Assembly: GCA_963422375.2 (NCBI GenBank)
Contig: OY729428.2
Coordinates: forward strand, 2,496,001 to 2,560,000
Direction of reading: 5' to 3'
Length of the DNA: 64,000 nt
Source of the DNA: Bryobacterales bacterium
GTDB taxonomy: Bacteria; Acidobacteriota; Terriglobia; Bryobacterales; UBA6623
Within the stretch, counting starts at the first letter, position 1. Every line of letters starts with the position of its first letter. Position numbers and translations under genes: made by a program. The notes below the pieces were generated by a model, which saw only the letters and a list, made by a program, of their open reading frames with translations, was not told the DNA's origin and did no database searches. Positions 9,471 through 19,307 of the stretch are shown one piece after another.

Positions 9471-10999
9471 CCTCCCCCGCCCGGCGTCTCGATCCGCAGC
9501 ACGTCGCCCGTCCGCACCTCGAAGTTGCCCTTCGACGGGAGTTCGGACCCGTTGAGCAGGTTCCTGCCGGGCAGCCCGGCTTCCCCGCCCTCGGCACCAG
9601 CCGGCCCGCGCCTGCGCCGTTCCGAGAGCAATGCGAGGGACGCGTCGGCAAGGAACTCGTACTCGCGAATCACGCCGTCCCCTCCCCTGCGAAGCCCGGC
9701 ACCGCCGCTGCCTCGCCGCAGGGCGTAGCGAGCGATGCGGACAGGGTACTGCCGCTCGAACGCCTCGACCGGCGTATTGAGGCTGTTCGTCATGTGCGTG
9801 TGGACGCCGCTGGGACCGTCGGCACCCGACCACGCTCCCATGCCGCCGGCAATGGTCTCGTAGTAGCTGAAGGGCCGACCGCCGTCCGGCCCGGTGCCGC
9901 CGAAGCTTACGTTGTTCATCGTCCCGGAGCTCGCAGCGGGGAGTTCCCGCGGCAGGGCCAGGCGCAGCGCGCCTAGCACTGCGTCGACGATCCTCTGGGA
10001 CGTCTCTACGTTCCCCGCAGCCGTGCTGGCGGGGGGAAGAGCGTCGCAGACACTCCCGGGCTCGGTGAGGATTGCGACCGGACGCAAAATGCCCGCGTTG
10101 AACGGCGTCTCCGGCCCCACGAGGCACCGGAAGCAATACATGACGGCCGAGGTCGTGACCGCCCTGTTCGCATTGACGCCGCCCTTGGTCTGGGGGGCCG
10201 ACTCCCGGAAGTCGACCGTGGCATCGGAGCCGGCTACGGTCAGCGTGCAGCGGATAGGGATCGGGTCGGACCCGAATCCGTCGTCGTCCAGCCAGTCAGC
10301 GAAGGCGTGCGTGCCGTCCGGGACCGCGCGAAGGCGCGCCCGCATCACCGCTTCGGCATAGTCCTGCAAGGCGGCCATCTGGCGCCTGATCCTCGGCATG
10401 CCGTACCTTCCGACAGCTTGCCGCAGCCGCCGCTCGCCGACCCTGTGGGCCGCGACCTGCGCTCCGAGGTCGCCGAGGCGCTCCTCGGGAGTGCGCACGT
10501 TCGCCAGGATTACCGCCAGCAGCGCGGTGTCGTACTCGTCGTCTCTCACGAGCCTGACCGGCGGGATTCTCAGCCCTTCCTGGTAAATCTCCTTGGCGAG
10601 GGGCATCGAGCCCGGGGCCATCCCACCCACGTCGGCGTGGTGCGCCCGCGTGGCCAGATAGAAGGCCGGCTCGGCTGCGCCGTCTTCGTGAACGGCGGAC
10701 ACCGAGGTGATGTCCGGTAGGTGCGTGCCTCCGCGGAACGGGTCGTTGAGAAAGTAGACCTCGCCCGGCCGCGGCCGCACCTCGTCCGTGACCGCCTTAA
10801 CGGACGCCGGCATCGCGCCTAGGTGGGCCGGCATGTGGTCGCCCATCGCAACCGTCCGGCCCCGGGCGTCGTACAGGGCGCACGAGTAGTCGCGCCTCTC
10901 CTTGATGTTCGGCGAGAAGGCCGTGCGTCGCAGGACAATCCCCATCTCCTCGGTGATCGAGGTGAAGAGATGGCGGAAGACCTCCAGCTCGAGGTTCAT
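9347..10999 (-). CDS. Hydantoinase B / 5-oxoprolinase family protein
   Basis: AFSPNIKERRDYSCA, NDPFRGGTHLPD, HHADVGG, GNVETSQR, HMTNSLNTPVE, ETPGGGG. Confidence 0.92.
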   Translation of the reverse strand: MNLELEVFRHLFTSITEEMGIVLRRTAFSPNIKERRDYSCALYDARGRTVAMGDHMPAHLGAMPASVKAVTDEVRPRPGEVYFLNDPFRGGTHLPDITSVSAVHEDGAAEPAFYLATRAHHADVGGMAPGSMPLAKEIYQEGLRIPPVRLVRDDEYDTALLAVILANVRTPEERLGDLGAQVAAHRVGERRLRQAVGRYGMPRIRRQMAALQDYAEAVMRARLRAVPDGTHAFADWLDDDGFGSDPIPIRCTLTVAGSDATVDFRESAPQTKGGVNANRAVTTSAVMYCFRCLVGPETPFNAGILRPVAILTEPGSVCDALPPASTAAGNVETSQRIVDAVLGALRLALPRELPAASSGTMNNVSFGGTGPDGGRPFSYYETIAGGMGAWSGADGPSGVHTHMTNSLNTPVEAFERQYPVRIARYALRRGSGGAGLRRGGDGVIREYEFLADASLALLSERRRRGPAGAEGGEAGLPGRNLLNGSELPSKGNFEVRTGDVLRIETPGGGGYFSSMNLPTKRASMPEAKKLRTAERGSLTSGSPNRLNEVL

Positions 11000-11893
11000 G
11001 AGTGGTTCTCCACCGGCCTGGCGCGCCACCGTGAGTCTCGGGCGGGGCCGGCCACCCTTCCGAGAGTACCGAACGAGCCTGGGGCCCGGGCTGCCGCGGT
11101 TCTCATCAGCGGAGCCCTGCCGCGAGCGACGGCGATCCGGCCTTTCAGCCTGCCCGCCTCGCGGACCGACGCGCTCCAATCGGCATCAGCCAACCGGCTC
11201 GGCCCGGTGACGAAGTGCTCTGGAACGTATCTCCTAGGTTCAAGCGCCGCGCTTGCGCCCGGAAACCGCAATTTGCTCGGGCAGGGGTTGCGAGAGAATG
11301 CTGGCTCAACCGCAGGCTTGACGAATTCACCTTCCGGCTCGGCCGCCGGACGCCCCGCTCACGCTGTCTCCCCTGTGTTCGCCCGCCCCGGCAGACCCCC
11401 GAGACGGCTCCCGCGCTCCGGTCCGAACTGCGGCCCGCTGCCGAGATCCCCGCCTGCAATTCGCCGGGATTCCCACCAAGCCGATACCCGAGGGAGGCCG
11501 GATCACCTGAGTGCAGCGCATGCTTCGCTTCACAAATCCTTGTGGTCACCGGAGCGAAGCGCGTCCATTGATCCGAGGCAAGTGAGCGGTGCGGCGGCCG
11601 GCGATCAAGACGGGGACGACCTCCCAAGCACGCTGGGCCGGATCGGCGAAGCTCTGGGCCCACTTGGACGGCAAGCGCCCGCGCAAGAGCCGTCATCGGG
11701 GAAGGCCGACGTGCAAGTGCGATGATAGTCAGGCAGGGTTGAGCTTGGAAGCAGTTGGTAGGCAGATCGGGGGCCGTCACGAGCGTTGAAGGCCTCCAGA
11801 CAACCAGCTCAACGGTTTAGACGACCACGAATCTACGAAGCGAGGGGATCTCCCCGAAGAGGGCATGGTCCCGCGCGGCATCACAAGGGCGGC

Positions 11894-12670
11894 ATGCAAT
11901 CACGAATGTTCCACCTGCGAACCGGGTCGGCACAAGGGCCTTGCGGGCTCCCGTCGCGGGCCCGCTCCCGGACGCTAGCAATTCTCGTGCTCGCGCTCGC
12001 GACCCTAGCGGGGTGCAGCGGGTCGAAGCGAGGCAAGAGGGTCAAGCTGCCTCCGCCGATCAACCCCAGGATCGGCTGGACGCAAGTCGGCGTTGCCAGC
12101 TGGTACGGGAATCCATACCACGGGCGCAAGACCAGCAACGGCGAGACCTACGACATGGACAAGATGACGGCCGCCCACAAGAGGCTGCCATTCGACACGT
12201 GGCTGCAAGTCGAGAATCTCAGCAACGGCGCGAAGACGCAGGTGCGAATCAACGACCGGGGACCGTTCGTGGGCAAGCGCATCATCGACCTCTCCAGAGC
12301 TGCGGCCACCGACATCAGGATGATTGGCGCGGGCACGGCGCGTGTACGCCTTACCGTGATCCGCCCGCCCAGCCAGAACGTGCGGGAGGCATCCGGGCAG
12401 ACGGGCAATCCAAGGTTGCCGGCCCGAGGGAGGCAGCGAGACCAGTTCGACATTCAGGTGGGCGTGTTCTCGACTCGGGCGAACGCCGACAAGATGGCCG
12501 GGCGCATCGAGAAATGGGGGCACAGCACGAACGTCCTTCCGTTTTCCCAAGGGAGTTCTCAGATGTTCCGCGTAATGGTCAGAGGAGGCAGCACCAAGCA
12601 AGCGAACGCACGACTGAAGCGGCTGAAGCGCCAAGGCGTGGATGGAATATTGCGACCCCGTCTCGACTAG
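11894..12670 (+). CDS. rlpA: Septal ring lytic transglycosylase RlpA (DPBB + SPOR), lipoprotein
   Basis: LAGC lipobox, GVASWYG, TAAHKRLPF, RINDRGPF..RIIDLS, C-terminal SPOR-like IQVGVFS..NA; start uncertain. Confidence 0.9.
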   Translation: MQSRMFHLRTGSAQGPCGLPSRARSRTLAILVLALATLAGCSGSKRGKRVKLPPPINPRIGWTQVGVASWYGNPYHGRKTSNGETYDMDKMTAAHKRLPFDTWLQVENLSNGAKTQVRINDRGPFVGKRIIDLSRAAATDIRMIGAGTARVRLTVIRPPSQNVREASGQTGNPRLPARGRQRDQFDIQVGVFSTRANADKMAGRIEKWGHSTNVLPFSQGSSQMFRVMVRGGSTKQANARLKRLKRQGVDGILRPRLD

Positions 12671-12958
12671 GTGGCTTGTCAGGGCGTGACGCTTACAGCG
12701 GAGTCGGGTTAGCGACGGAATCAGCTAGCCCTCCAAGAGACGGCCGGTCTCGCGATTCAAGATTGCGGGGGCGGCGTCCAGGTGTATCGAGCGCGGGCGG
12801 ACTTCGAAGGCTCCCGCCAAGTCCGGATGCAGCCCTCGGGGGGCTCGCGGCGGGGCTACGACGCAGAGCGGAACGGAGCTCTGAGTGCCGACCCAACCGC
12901 GCGCCTCGCCCTCTTTGCCATGGAGCGCAGTCTCGCTAGCCTCGCAACCATGACTTTG

Positions 12959-14443
12959 CTACTCCCCGGGCATCCGCCAGTGAGGCGGAGCCTTGAAGCT
13001 GGAGTCGTTTCGTCCTTGGCTGTACGGAGCGACCGCGTCTTCCGGCTGGAGTGCTCGGAACTCCTTCATCTTCCGGTACATTTCCCGTGCGATATCGGGA
13101 TTCTCACCGATCACGTTCCTCTCCTCGCCAATGTCTTCCGAAATGCGGAATAGAAATCGCTGCCTCGCGGAATCGTCAGCACGTTGGTCCGTTACGCTAG
13201 GGCCGTAGACCACCATCTTCCAATCATTCGTCATGTACGAAATGTGCTCGCGCTGCGGCCCGTCCTGCCCAATGTAATTGAACAGCTCGCGGTCCAAGTC
13301 CGTCTGCCGCCCGGTCAGGACGTCCAAGATGTCGATGCCGTCGAGCGGCCGACCTGTATACCTCTCGACACCGGCCATGCGCATCACGGTCGGAAGGATG
13401 TCAATATTGGCCAGCGGCTGGTCGACCCTGAGTCCGGCCGGTATGGTCGAGGTCCAACGCGCCGCCGCCGCGACGCGAATCCCTCCCTCGAACACGGTTG
13501 CCTTCCCCCCGCGCAGTGGGGTGTTCTCGCCCACGCCCTTCACGCCGCCGTTGTCGGAGCTGAACAGCACGAAGGTCGACTCAGCGATTCCGGCCTGATC
13601 GATGGCCCCCAGTATCCGGCCGACGCCTTGGTCCAGCGAATGCACCATGGATCCGAGGATCCGGCGGTTCCGCTCGCGGGATTCGCGACTCGCTTCCATG
13701 CTCGCTCCCTTGAATCCTTGGTAGAAGCCGCGCGCCGGCGGCAGCAATTCGTAGATGGGTAGGTCCTCTTCCTTCGCTTGGAAGGGACTGTGGGGCGCAT
13801 TGAACGGCACGTAGCACAGAAACGGAGCGGCATCGTTCGCATGCTCGAGGATGAAGCCCGCCGCGGCGTCGGCGATCAGGTCCGTCGTGTAGCCCAGGTC
13901 GTCGCTGGGATCGAAACCCGAATGCCAGTCGATCTCCCCTTCCCTCTCGTGCGTGAAGTAGTCCACCGCGCCGTTGTAGTGACCGTAGAACTCCGTGAAC
14001 CCTCGCCTTAGCGGGTGATACTTCTTGTCGGAGTGGCCAAGGTGCCACTTGCCGAACACGGCGCGATGCTCGTAGCCAACTTCGGCCAGTACATCGGCGA
14101 TGGTCGACTCCGCGAGATCCAAGCCGCCGACCCTCCACGGAGGATAGACCGCCCGCATCGCGCCGTAGCGGATCGGGTACCGGCCTGTCATCAGTCCGGC
14201 GCGCGTCGGCGAGCAGACCGGAGCGACGTAGTAGCGCTCGAGCAGCGCGCCCTCCGCCGCAACCCTGTCGATGTTGGGCGTGGCGATGTTGCCCCCTTGG
14301 AAGCTGACGTCGGCCCAGCCGAGGTCGTCGGCGAGCAAGATCACGATATTGGGAGGACGCGAGCTCTCCGGAGGAATCTCGGGCCCGGCGGAGCAGCCCG
14401 CCGACAGGGCCACTGCCGCGGCAAGAGCGAGTACCGTGCGCAT
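12959..14443 (-). CDS. Arylsulfatase (formylglycine type), lipoprotein
   Basis: PNIVILLADDLGW, CSPTRAGLMTGRY, GKWHLG, SDNGG; SAGC lipobox. Confidence 0.92.
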   Translation of the reverse strand: MRTVLALAAAVALSAGCSAGPEIPPESSRPPNIVILLADDLGWADVSFQGGNIATPNIDRVAAEGALLERYYVAPVCSPTRAGLMTGRYPIRYGAMRAVYPPWRVGGLDLAESTIADVLAEVGYEHRAVFGKWHLGHSDKKYHPLRRGFTEFYGHYNGAVDYFTHEREGEIDWHSGFDPSDDLGYTTDLIADAAAGFILEHANDAAPFLCYVPFNAPHSPFQAKEEDLPIYELLPPARGFYQGFKGASMEASRESRERNRRILGSMVHSLDQGVGRILGAIDQAGIAESTFVLFSSDNGGVKGVGENTPLRGGKATVFEGGIRVAAAARWTSTIPAGLRVDQPLANIDILPTVMRMAGVERYTGRPLDGIDILDVLTGRQTDLDRELFNYIGQDGPQREHISYMTNDWKMVVYGPSVTDQRADDSARQRFLFRISEDIGEERNVIGENPDIAREMYRKMKEFRALQPEDAVAPYSQGRNDSSFKAPPHWRMPGE

Positions 14444-14735
14444 AGTCGATATCCTACTGACAAGCCGACGACCGTAGCGAAGAGCCGCGGATTGGCGACG
14501 ACGATTCGAACACGCTCGCGAGGGTGCGCCGCCGACTCACGACTAGGGCATGGGAGCGCTGGATCGTGACGGAGGCGTCCCTAGCCGGACGCGCGTCCGT
14601 CAGCCAACGGCTGTCGGCCTGCAACGGACCTCCCGGCGCTCGACGCGCTTCGCCAAGCCCCAGCGGAACGATTCGGGGCAGGCGCCGATTCCCGTCCCCA
14701 CTCGGGATGCAGTAGTTGGAAGCGCGGGTGGCTCG

Positions 14736-15566
14736 GTGATAGACTGCGGCTTGGCGCGGTCGGTTGCGGTCGCCATGACCATCGCCGGATCCGACCCCTC
14801 AGGGGGTGCGGGCCTGCAAGCCGACCTCAAGACTTTTCACCAGTTCGGGGTGTACGGGCTTGCCGTTCCGGCATTGCTGACGGTCCAGAACACCCTCGGC
14901 ATCGAGTCGGTCACCCTGCTCGATCAGCGACTCGTGCGGGCCCAGCTCGCGTGCGTTCAGAGCGATATTCCTCCCGACGCAGCGAAGGTCGGCGCGTTGG
15001 GCCAGGCCGGCACCGTCGTCGCGGTGGCCGACTGGGCTCGCGCCAGCAATACCCCGGTCGTGATCGATCCGGTCATGCTGAGCAGCAGCGGCCAAGCCTT
15101 GTTGGACCGGGAAGGGGTCGAGGCATTGATCGATCACCTGCTGCCGACCTGCTTCCTGGCTACCCCGAACCTGAGCGAAGCCGCGAAGCTGTGCGGGCGC
15201 GACACCAGCGATCTGGAAGGCATGCGCGCGGCCGCGGAGGACATTGCCGGGATGGGGGCCCGGAATGTCCTAGTCAAGGGCGGCCACCTGAGGGGCGCAC
15301 CCATTGACCTGCTCTGGACGAAGGGCAAGGTCCGGACATACACTGCCGAGCGCGTCCGTGCGAGCGGCACTCACGGCACGGGCTGCACGTATTCCGCAGC
15401 GATCACAGCCCTACTGGCACTCGGTCGCCCTCTGGAGGACGCGGTTTCCGAGGCGAAGAGGTTCTTGACGGAGGCGCTCCGCACGGCTCCGCGGCTCGGT
15501 CGCGGCCAAGGCCCCCTGAACCATCACGCGCGCCTTCCAGGCAATTCTGCCCTGACTTTGCCATGA
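14736..15566 (+). CDS. thiD: Hydroxymethylpyrimidine/phosphomethylpyrimidine kinase
   Basis: TIAGSDPSGGAGLQADLKT, IDPVM, TPNLSEA, VKGGH, THGTGC; start uncertain (alternative ATG 14775). Confidence 0.92.
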   Translation: MIDCGLARSVAVAMTIAGSDPSGGAGLQADLKTFHQFGVYGLAVPALLTVQNTLGIESVTLLDQRLVRAQLACVQSDIPPDAAKVGALGQAGTVVAVADWARASNTPVVIDPVMLSSSGQALLDREGVEALIDHLLPTCFLATPNLSEAAKLCGRDTSDLEGMRAAAEDIAGMGARNVLVKGGHLRGAPIDLLWTKGKVRTYTAERVRASGTHGTGCTYSAAITALLALGRPLEDAVSEAKRFLTEALRTAPRLGRGQGPLNHHARLPGNSALTLP

Positions 15567-15585
15567 TCGGACTTGCAAAGACCGC

Positions 15586-16491
15586 ATGACAGGCAACCGC
15601 AAGGATCACAAGTGGCTGCTTGCAGTCGGAACGGCAGTGACGTTGCCGATCCTGTTTCTGCACTCCACCTGCATCGCCGTAATGGGGCCCGGGACCTGGG
15701 GCTCCGGTCTGGTCGAGATGCTGCCCGATCTGAGGGCACCCACCGCGGCCGCTGAGCGTTACCGGGCGGAATTCGGCGCGAGCAGACCGGAAAACGAGCC
15801 CCCGGACGGACAGGTGGCCGTCCCGCCCGGTTCCGGAATTGCGGGCCGGGTGATTTGGACCCGTGAGTCGAGTGGACGGACGCTGTACCTAGCCGAGGAC
15901 GAACGCGAGCGCTTACCGCGCCAGCGCTTGTACCTAGCCGAGGCCGGCATGGTGCGGGAATCGAGGCTCCCGGATGGCCACGTTGTAGTCCGACCGCAAT
16001 GGATCGGCGACCAAATAGTCTACGAGCGTTGGAACCCTTGGGCGATCGCCCCCTCGGCGAAGCTTCGACGCTACCTAGCGAGTTGGCTCGACCCTTCGTT
16101 GCGACCGGAAGCGTCGCTGTACAGGTCCGACCAAGGCACGGCAGAGTGGCTCTACCTCTTCCCGGGGCACTCGCTGACCGTGGCGCCCGACGGACGCCGC
16201 GCGGCGCTGCTGCGTTCAGGGGCCTTGCTCGCGGGTTACTACAGCGTTCACGTCTGGCGGACGGACGCAAGCGATGCGCCCGCGGTGATCAGCCTGCGGG
16301 AGAGCGCCGGCCAAGCCACCCGGTCCTTCTCTTTGAGCTGGTCCAGGGACTCGTCCGCTTTGCGGATATTCGGCAGGACCGGCGGGTTCGACCGGAGGGC
16401 TTCGCGCCAGGGCAGCCCCGAGGGCGCGGCCTTCGACCTGCTCTACCTCGTGTCGGACCGGACGGTGTACGACCTGAACCGCGGTATCTGA
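15586..16491 (+). CDS. Hypothetical membrane-anchored protein, possible beta-propeller/TolB-like segments
   Basis: N-terminal hydrophobic segment; VAPDGRRAA and SWSRDSS repeat-like motifs; sits tightly between thiD and dctP. Confidence 0.55.
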   Translation: MTGNRKDHKWLLAVGTAVTLPILFLHSTCIAVMGPGTWGSGLVEMLPDLRAPTAAAERYRAEFGASRPENEPPDGQVAVPPGSGIAGRVIWTRESSGRTLYLAEDERERLPRQRLYLAEAGMVRESRLPDGHVVVRPQWIGDQIVYERWNPWAIAPSAKLRRYLASWLDPSLRPEASLYRSDQGTAEWLYLFPGHSLTVAPDGRRAALLRSGALLAGYYSVHVWRTDASDAPAVISLRESAGQATRSFSLSWSRDSSALRIFGRTGGFDRRASRQGSPEGAAFDLLYLVSDRTVYDLNRGI

Positions 16492-16505
16492 CGCACGCGG
16501 GCGCC

Positions 16506-17507
16506 ATGCTGATTCGTCGAACGTCCCCGGCTGCAACGGTCGCCGCCCTGCTGCTCTGCGCTGCCAGCTGCACCGACGGCGACGGGCCGTACGTGTTCCG
16601 CTACGCCAACTCGCAGCCCGCGCAGCATCCCCGCAGCATTTCCATGGCGCATTTCGAGGACCTCCTCGAAGAGCGCGCCCAAGGGCGGGTCGAAGTCGAC
16701 AATCACTTCGGAGGGACTCTCGGCAGGGAGCGCGAGCTGATGGACATGGTCGCGTTGAATATCCTGCAGGGCACTCGGGGCGGGCTGTTCTTCGATATCA
16801 GCCCGAAATACACCATCTTCCTGCTGCCGTTTCTCGTGGACGACTGGGACGGGGCCCTGCGCCTGGTCAACAGCGAATTCACCGCCGGCATCAACGCGGA
16901 AGGCCGGCTCAACGGCTTTCACGTGCCGGCCTGCGGCATCTCGCAAGGCTTCCGGGCGCACACGACGAGCGTGCGCCCCATCCGCGCGCCCGAAGACTTT
17001 CGGGGCTTGAAGCTCCGCGTGCCGCCCCAGGAGGCCAACATCATCCTGACCGCGATTCTCGGCGCGAACCCCCAAGAGATTCCGTTCACGGAGGTGTATC
17101 AAGCTGCCAAGACGGGGGTAATCGACGGGCAGGACAACGCCGTTTCGAACATATGGGAGATGCGCGTTCACGAAGTGCAGAGGTACCTCAGCATCTCCAA
17201 CTACATGGCAGGGCCGGATCCCTTCATCGTGAACCTCGCATGGTACGAGGCGCTGCCTCGGGACCTTCAGGAAGTGTTCGACGGGGCCGCCCGGGATGCC
17301 ATCGCCTACAGCGACCGATTGAACCGCGAGAGCGAGGCCGCCTATATCGAGAGACTCTCGGAGATGCTCGAGACGAACTGGATCGCAGGCGAGGCCCTAG
17401 AGCGGTTCCGCTCTGCGGCGGAGCCCGTGTACGACATCCTGGTCTCGAAGGGCTACTTCACGTGGGACGATGTCGACGCGGCGCGCCGGGCCGCGAGAGG
17501 CGACTAG
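16506..17507 (+). CDS. dctP: TRAP transporter substrate-binding protein
   Basis: GTLGRERELMD, DFRGLKLRVP, EVYQAAKTGVIDGQDN. Confidence 0.9.
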   Translation: MLIRRTSPAATVAALLLCAASCTDGDGPYVFRYANSQPAQHPRSISMAHFEDLLEERAQGRVEVDNHFGGTLGRERELMDMVALNILQGTRGGLFFDISPKYTIFLLPFLVDDWDGALRLVNSEFTAGINAEGRLNGFHVPACGISQGFRAHTTSVRPIRAPEDFRGLKLRVPPQEANIILTAILGANPQEIPFTEVYQAAKTGVIDGQDNAVSNIWEMRVHEVQRYLSISNYMAGPDPFIVNLAWYEALPRDLQEVFDGAARDAIAYSDRLNRESEAAYIERLSEMLETNWIAGEALERFRSAAEPVYDILVSKGYFTWDDVDAARRAARGD

Positions 17508-17512
17508 CGGCA

Positions 17513-17992
17513 ATGCGATTGCACGAGTTCGAGAGGCGGCTCACGCGCACTCTGGAGTGGCTCCTCGCAGCGGGGATGCTCTGTGTCTTCGGGACCATCG
17601 TAGTGCTGGTGGCGATGCGCTACCTGTTCGAGTCGGGGCTGGTCGGGGCCAACGAGATGGCGACGGTGGCGTTCGTTTACCTGTCGTCAATCGGAGCTGC
17701 CGTGGCCGTCGGCAGGGGAGAGCACATTCGCGTCGAATTGCTATCGAAGGTGGCTGGGGAGAACGGACGGCGCGCCCTCGACATCGGCTCCCTCGCCTTG
17801 GTGGCGCTGCTAAACGTCATCATCCTCGCGACTAGCCTGACTTGGATCGCCACGACCGGCCACACACCGATGCCCGCGAGCCAAGTCCCTCGGTTCGTAG
17901 CGCAGGTAAGTGTGCCACTAGGCTGCGGACTGGCCGCGCTGTACTGCTGCGCCCGGATCGCCACACATCTGCGGGAGGACTCCCAAGGTTGA
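17513..17992 (+). CDS. dctQ: TRAP transporter small permease
   Basis: Four TM segments, MRYLF, GEHIRVEL. Confidence 0.88.
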   Translation: MRLHEFERRLTRTLEWLLAAGMLCVFGTIVVLVAMRYLFESGLVGANEMATVAFVYLSSIGAAVAVGRGEHIRVELLSKVAGENGRRALDIGSLALVALLNVIILATSLTWIATTGHTPMPASQVPRFVAQVSVPLGCGLAALYCCARIATHLREDSQG

Positions 17993-19266
17993 TCCTGCTG
18001 CTTCTGGCCGGCCTGCTGGCGCTTATCGCGCTGGGCGTGCCCGTCGCGTACTCGCTCGGCATCTCGGCCCTGCTCTATATCGCGGCCAGCGACCCGGACC
18101 TGATCCTGGTCCTGCCGCTGCAGCTGTTCGCGGGCTTCGATTCGTACGCCTTGATTAGCCTGCCGCTCTTCATTCTCATGGGGCTCGTGATGAATTCGGC
18201 GGAGATTACCGCGAGGCTCATCGATTTCAGCATGCTGCTGGCGGGGCGCTTTCGCAATGGTCTAGGGCTGGTGAACGTCCTAGCCAGCATGCTCTTCGGA
18301 GGCATCTCCGGGTCGTCGGCATCCGACACGGCGTCGATCGGCTCGGTCCTGATTCCGGAAATGGAGAATCGCGGCTACCGCAGGGAGGTCGCGGCCGGCA
18401 TCACCGTGGCGTCCTCCACGATGGGCATGGTGATCCCGCCAAGCATCCCGATGGTGCTCTACGCGGTGGTCGCCCAGGAGTCGGTCGGAAAGCTCTTTCT
18501 GGGAGGCGTGTTTCCGGGCCTGATCGTCGGCTTGCTGCAAATGGCCCTCGTTCGGCTGCTCGTGAAGCGCGGGACGGAGCTGGACGCGGAGCGCGCCTCC
18601 TCGGAGTCGGCCGCCAAGCGCACGCTGCGCTCGCTACCGGTACTGGCGATGCCGGTCTTCGTGGTCGGCGCGGTCGTTTTCGGAATCGCGACAGCCACCG
18701 AGTCGGCGGCACTGGGCGTCCTGTACGCAGGCGCATGCGGCTTCGCCTTGACGCGCGCCCTCAAGCCACGCGACTTCTGGGGCTGCCTTCGGACGGCCGC
18801 CCTGACGAGCGCCAAGATCATGATCGTGATCGCGCTTTCGCAGGCGTACATCTGGATTCTCGCCTTGGAGCGCGTACCCGAGTCCATCGCCGGATTCGTG
18901 ACCGGACTTGGTCTGGGGGCGACGGGGACGCTGCTAATAGTGAATGTCATCGTGCTCGCCGCCGGCACCGTGATCGACGTAAGCCCGGCTATCCTGCTGC
19001 TCACGCCCGTGTTCGCACCGGCGCTAGAGAGCCTCGGCGTGTCTCCGGTCCTATTCGGCGTCCTGCTGGTTTCCGGCCTCGCCGTCGGGGCCTGCACGCC
19101 TCCCGTCGGAACCTGCCTAAACGTCGGCGCTGCGATTTCGAATCTAGAAATCGGCACGATCTTCCGCGGGGCGGCCCCGTTCCTCGCGGCCAACGCGGTC
19201 ACGCTGCTTCTCGTGACCCTCTTCCCGATTCTTGCGATGTGGCTGCCAAGCCTGCTCATCCCCTAG
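17989..19266 (+). CDS. dctM: TRAP transporter large permease
   Basis: LPLFILMG, FGGISGSSASD, VIPPSIPMVLY, TATESAA, TPPVG; TTG start overlaps the dctQ stop. Confidence 0.92.
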   Translation: MILLLLAGLLALIALGVPVAYSLGISALLYIAASDPDLILVLPLQLFAGFDSYALISLPLFILMGLVMNSAEITARLIDFSMLLAGRFRNGLGLVNVLASMLFGGISGSSASDTASIGSVLIPEMENRGYRREVAAGITVASSTMGMVIPPSIPMVLYAVVAQESVGKLFLGGVFPGLIVGLLQMALVRLLVKRGTELDAERASSESAAKRTLRSLPVLAMPVFVVGAVVFGIATATESAALGVLYAGACGFALTRALKPRDFWGCLRTAALTSAKIMIVIALSQAYIWILALERVPESIAGFVTGLGLGATGTLLIVNVIVLAAGTVIDVSPAILLLTPVFAPALESLGVSPVLFGVLLVSGLAVGACTPPVGTCLNVGAAISNLEIGTIFRGAAPFLAANAVTLLLVTLFPILAMWLPSLLIP

Positions 19267-19307
19267 CAATGGGGAATTATATATCTGAGTGCCGAGGCAA
19301 CCGATTT

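Noticed and set aside
12671..12958. tRNA-like sequence between rlpA and the sulfatase
   Set aside because: Only short GC hairpins; no consistent acceptor, D and T arms.
14445..14735. TPP riboswitch upstream of thiD
   Set aside because: A CTAGGG...CCCTAG stem exists, but the CTGAGA and ACCTGAT core motifs are absent.
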